DNA from: Macrostomum lignano
Lineage: Eukaryota
Assembly: GCA_002269645.1 (NCBI GenBank)
Contig: NIVC01002959.1
Coordinates: 62,001 to 126,000 of the forward strand
Length of the DNA stretch: 64,000 bases
Direction: 5' to 3'
A program made the position numbers and the translations under genes. The notes below the pieces were generated by a model, which saw nothing but the letters and a program-made list of their open reading frames with translations, made no database searches and was not told the DNA's origin. Positions 62,685-64,000 of the stretch are shown here, in pieces (position 1 is the stretch's first letter; each line of letters starts with the position of its first letter).

Positions 62685-62799
62685 AACAAGCATTAATTTG
62701 GTCCAAACGCTCGTGAGCCATTCGGCAAACTCTTGTCTCCTCGCAACCGCCTGCAGGCTGTTGCGTACCGCTGGAATGTCAGCGTCTCTACCAACAATT

Positions 62800-62990
62800 T
62801 TCAGTCGCTTTTCCAGAGCTCTGCTGATAGTCCAAATCTGATAACCAGCTGGAACTGTTCCTTCAACTTCTGTTGCATTTTCTGCAACGTCAACAAAGGG
62901 TTCGTCTCAACTGCATCGAGTAGCAGTTGGACCTGAGGCTCTCGAGCAACTGGACTTGGCGATTGCCACCCTTTCGCAGACAATCTCTGA
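62800..62990 (-). pseudogene. Degenerate Tc1/IS630-like transposase DNA-binding fragment
   Basis: RKGGNR followed, across a frameshift, by QVQLLLDAVETNPLLTLQKMQQKLKEQFQLVI. Resembles the RGG-R...NP-TL-L helix-turn-helix region. No catalytic domain seen. Confidence 0.4.
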
Positions 62991-64000
62991 CAGCAGAGTT
63001 TCAACGCGCTGATGGATGCTGCAAATCATCGTTTCTTTTACGAGTACATTCAGCAAACTTGCAATGTCCTTTGGGTGTTCACCTCTGGCATTTGTTCAAA
63101 AGCCTACGAGGGGTATTCAAAAAGTTTTGGCAACAGGCTACTAAAATCTAGTTAGGTCGAAGTGCAGTCCGGAAAAATTGCCAACGAGGAGCGAAGCGAG
63201 CGAAGCGAGCGTAGCTCCTCGTTGGCAATTTTTTCGGACAAACGAGACCGAGATAAGATGTCCCGGAGACTCCCCCAACGTAAAATCAACGTTTTAGAAA
63301 ATAAAATTGATGCAGAGTTAAAACCACTTGAGATGAAACCATGTGTGACCCCTCTATGGACGTAAAACATTTAGGGCTACAAGATGTGTGACGTGAAAGT
63401 TCCATAGCAACGCGTCTTGGTTGCCATGGCAACAAAAAAGTGACTTTTTTTAGACCCGTCCAAATCTTGAATCTCAAAAATAAGGATTCACAATATGGAG
63501 TCAAAAATTGATTGAACCCAACTTTTGGCGAATTTTCAGACCTTCAAGACACTGATTGGTTATTTTCCGCTAAATGCTTACCTTGATAGGTAATTCTGTA
63601 AAAGTGTGTTTTTTAAGTGTCAAAAAATGCGCATTTTTATCAACTTTCAACTGACGCAGCTCAAAGGTCGCGCGTCAGCGCGACCTTTGAGCTGCGTCAT
63701 TCTAACAATGGCACCTGGGACTCTTACATGACGCACGACTTTAACCAAGATACTCACTTTAACTGTACATTCGCACCTGTTAATTACATTCGAATATTCG
63801 ACGGGTAGGTATTCGAACCGAAATAAAGGAAATTCAACCTTGTTGCGAGACTCTAAAAAGTACATGAATGCGGTCATTTAGGTAAGATCTACATGTTTAT
63901 AATACATTTTGAGCCGTTTCGTTGCACTGACTCTGAGCCATACACTGCTAAAGTCGATAAACGTGATTTAGGCTATTTTTATGTATTTTTCATGATACAA

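Noticed and set aside
59295-63128. Mariner-like TIR pair (TTACCCCTCGTA near 59295-59306 and TACGAGGGGTA at 63105) mobilising ddc exons
   Set aside because: The two motifs face outward rather than enclosing the interval, and the match is only about 11 bp.

Overview
Eukaryotic genomic DNA from an invertebrate animal. The dense minisatellites and Gln-rich genes recall the flatworm Macrostomum lignano, but that assignment is inference only. Roughly a third of the window is tandem repeat. Four host coding loci are supported: an intronless class III POU gene (2121-3821, minus), an Ack/TNK2-type C-terminal UBA-region exon (43377-44288, plus), a three-exon Not homeobox gene (51738-56346, plus) and eight exons of a DOPA/aromatic amino acid decarboxylase (58314-61073, minus, N-terminus not found). 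The main feature is a full-length, apparently very young Ty3/gypsy LTR retrotransposon (5428-14070). It has 835/834-bp LTRs, an AATG target-site duplication, a PBS, a PPT and a -1 frameshift signal between gag and pol. In the env position it carries a third ORF encoding an HPD-intact J-domain (DnaJ), an acidic/coiled linker, an HP1-like chromodomain and an unassigned helical domain. Four single-base losses clustered in about 1 kb (10926-11952) break the pol tail and this ORF; each could be a doublet contracted to one base, which suggests an assembly artefact. Other elements: two copies of a tRNA-derived SINE, a 3' RTE-like LINE fragment, foldback-like inverted satellite arrays, a 38-bp palindromic insertion with a 7-bp direct repeat, and a cluster of long hairpins near the right end.
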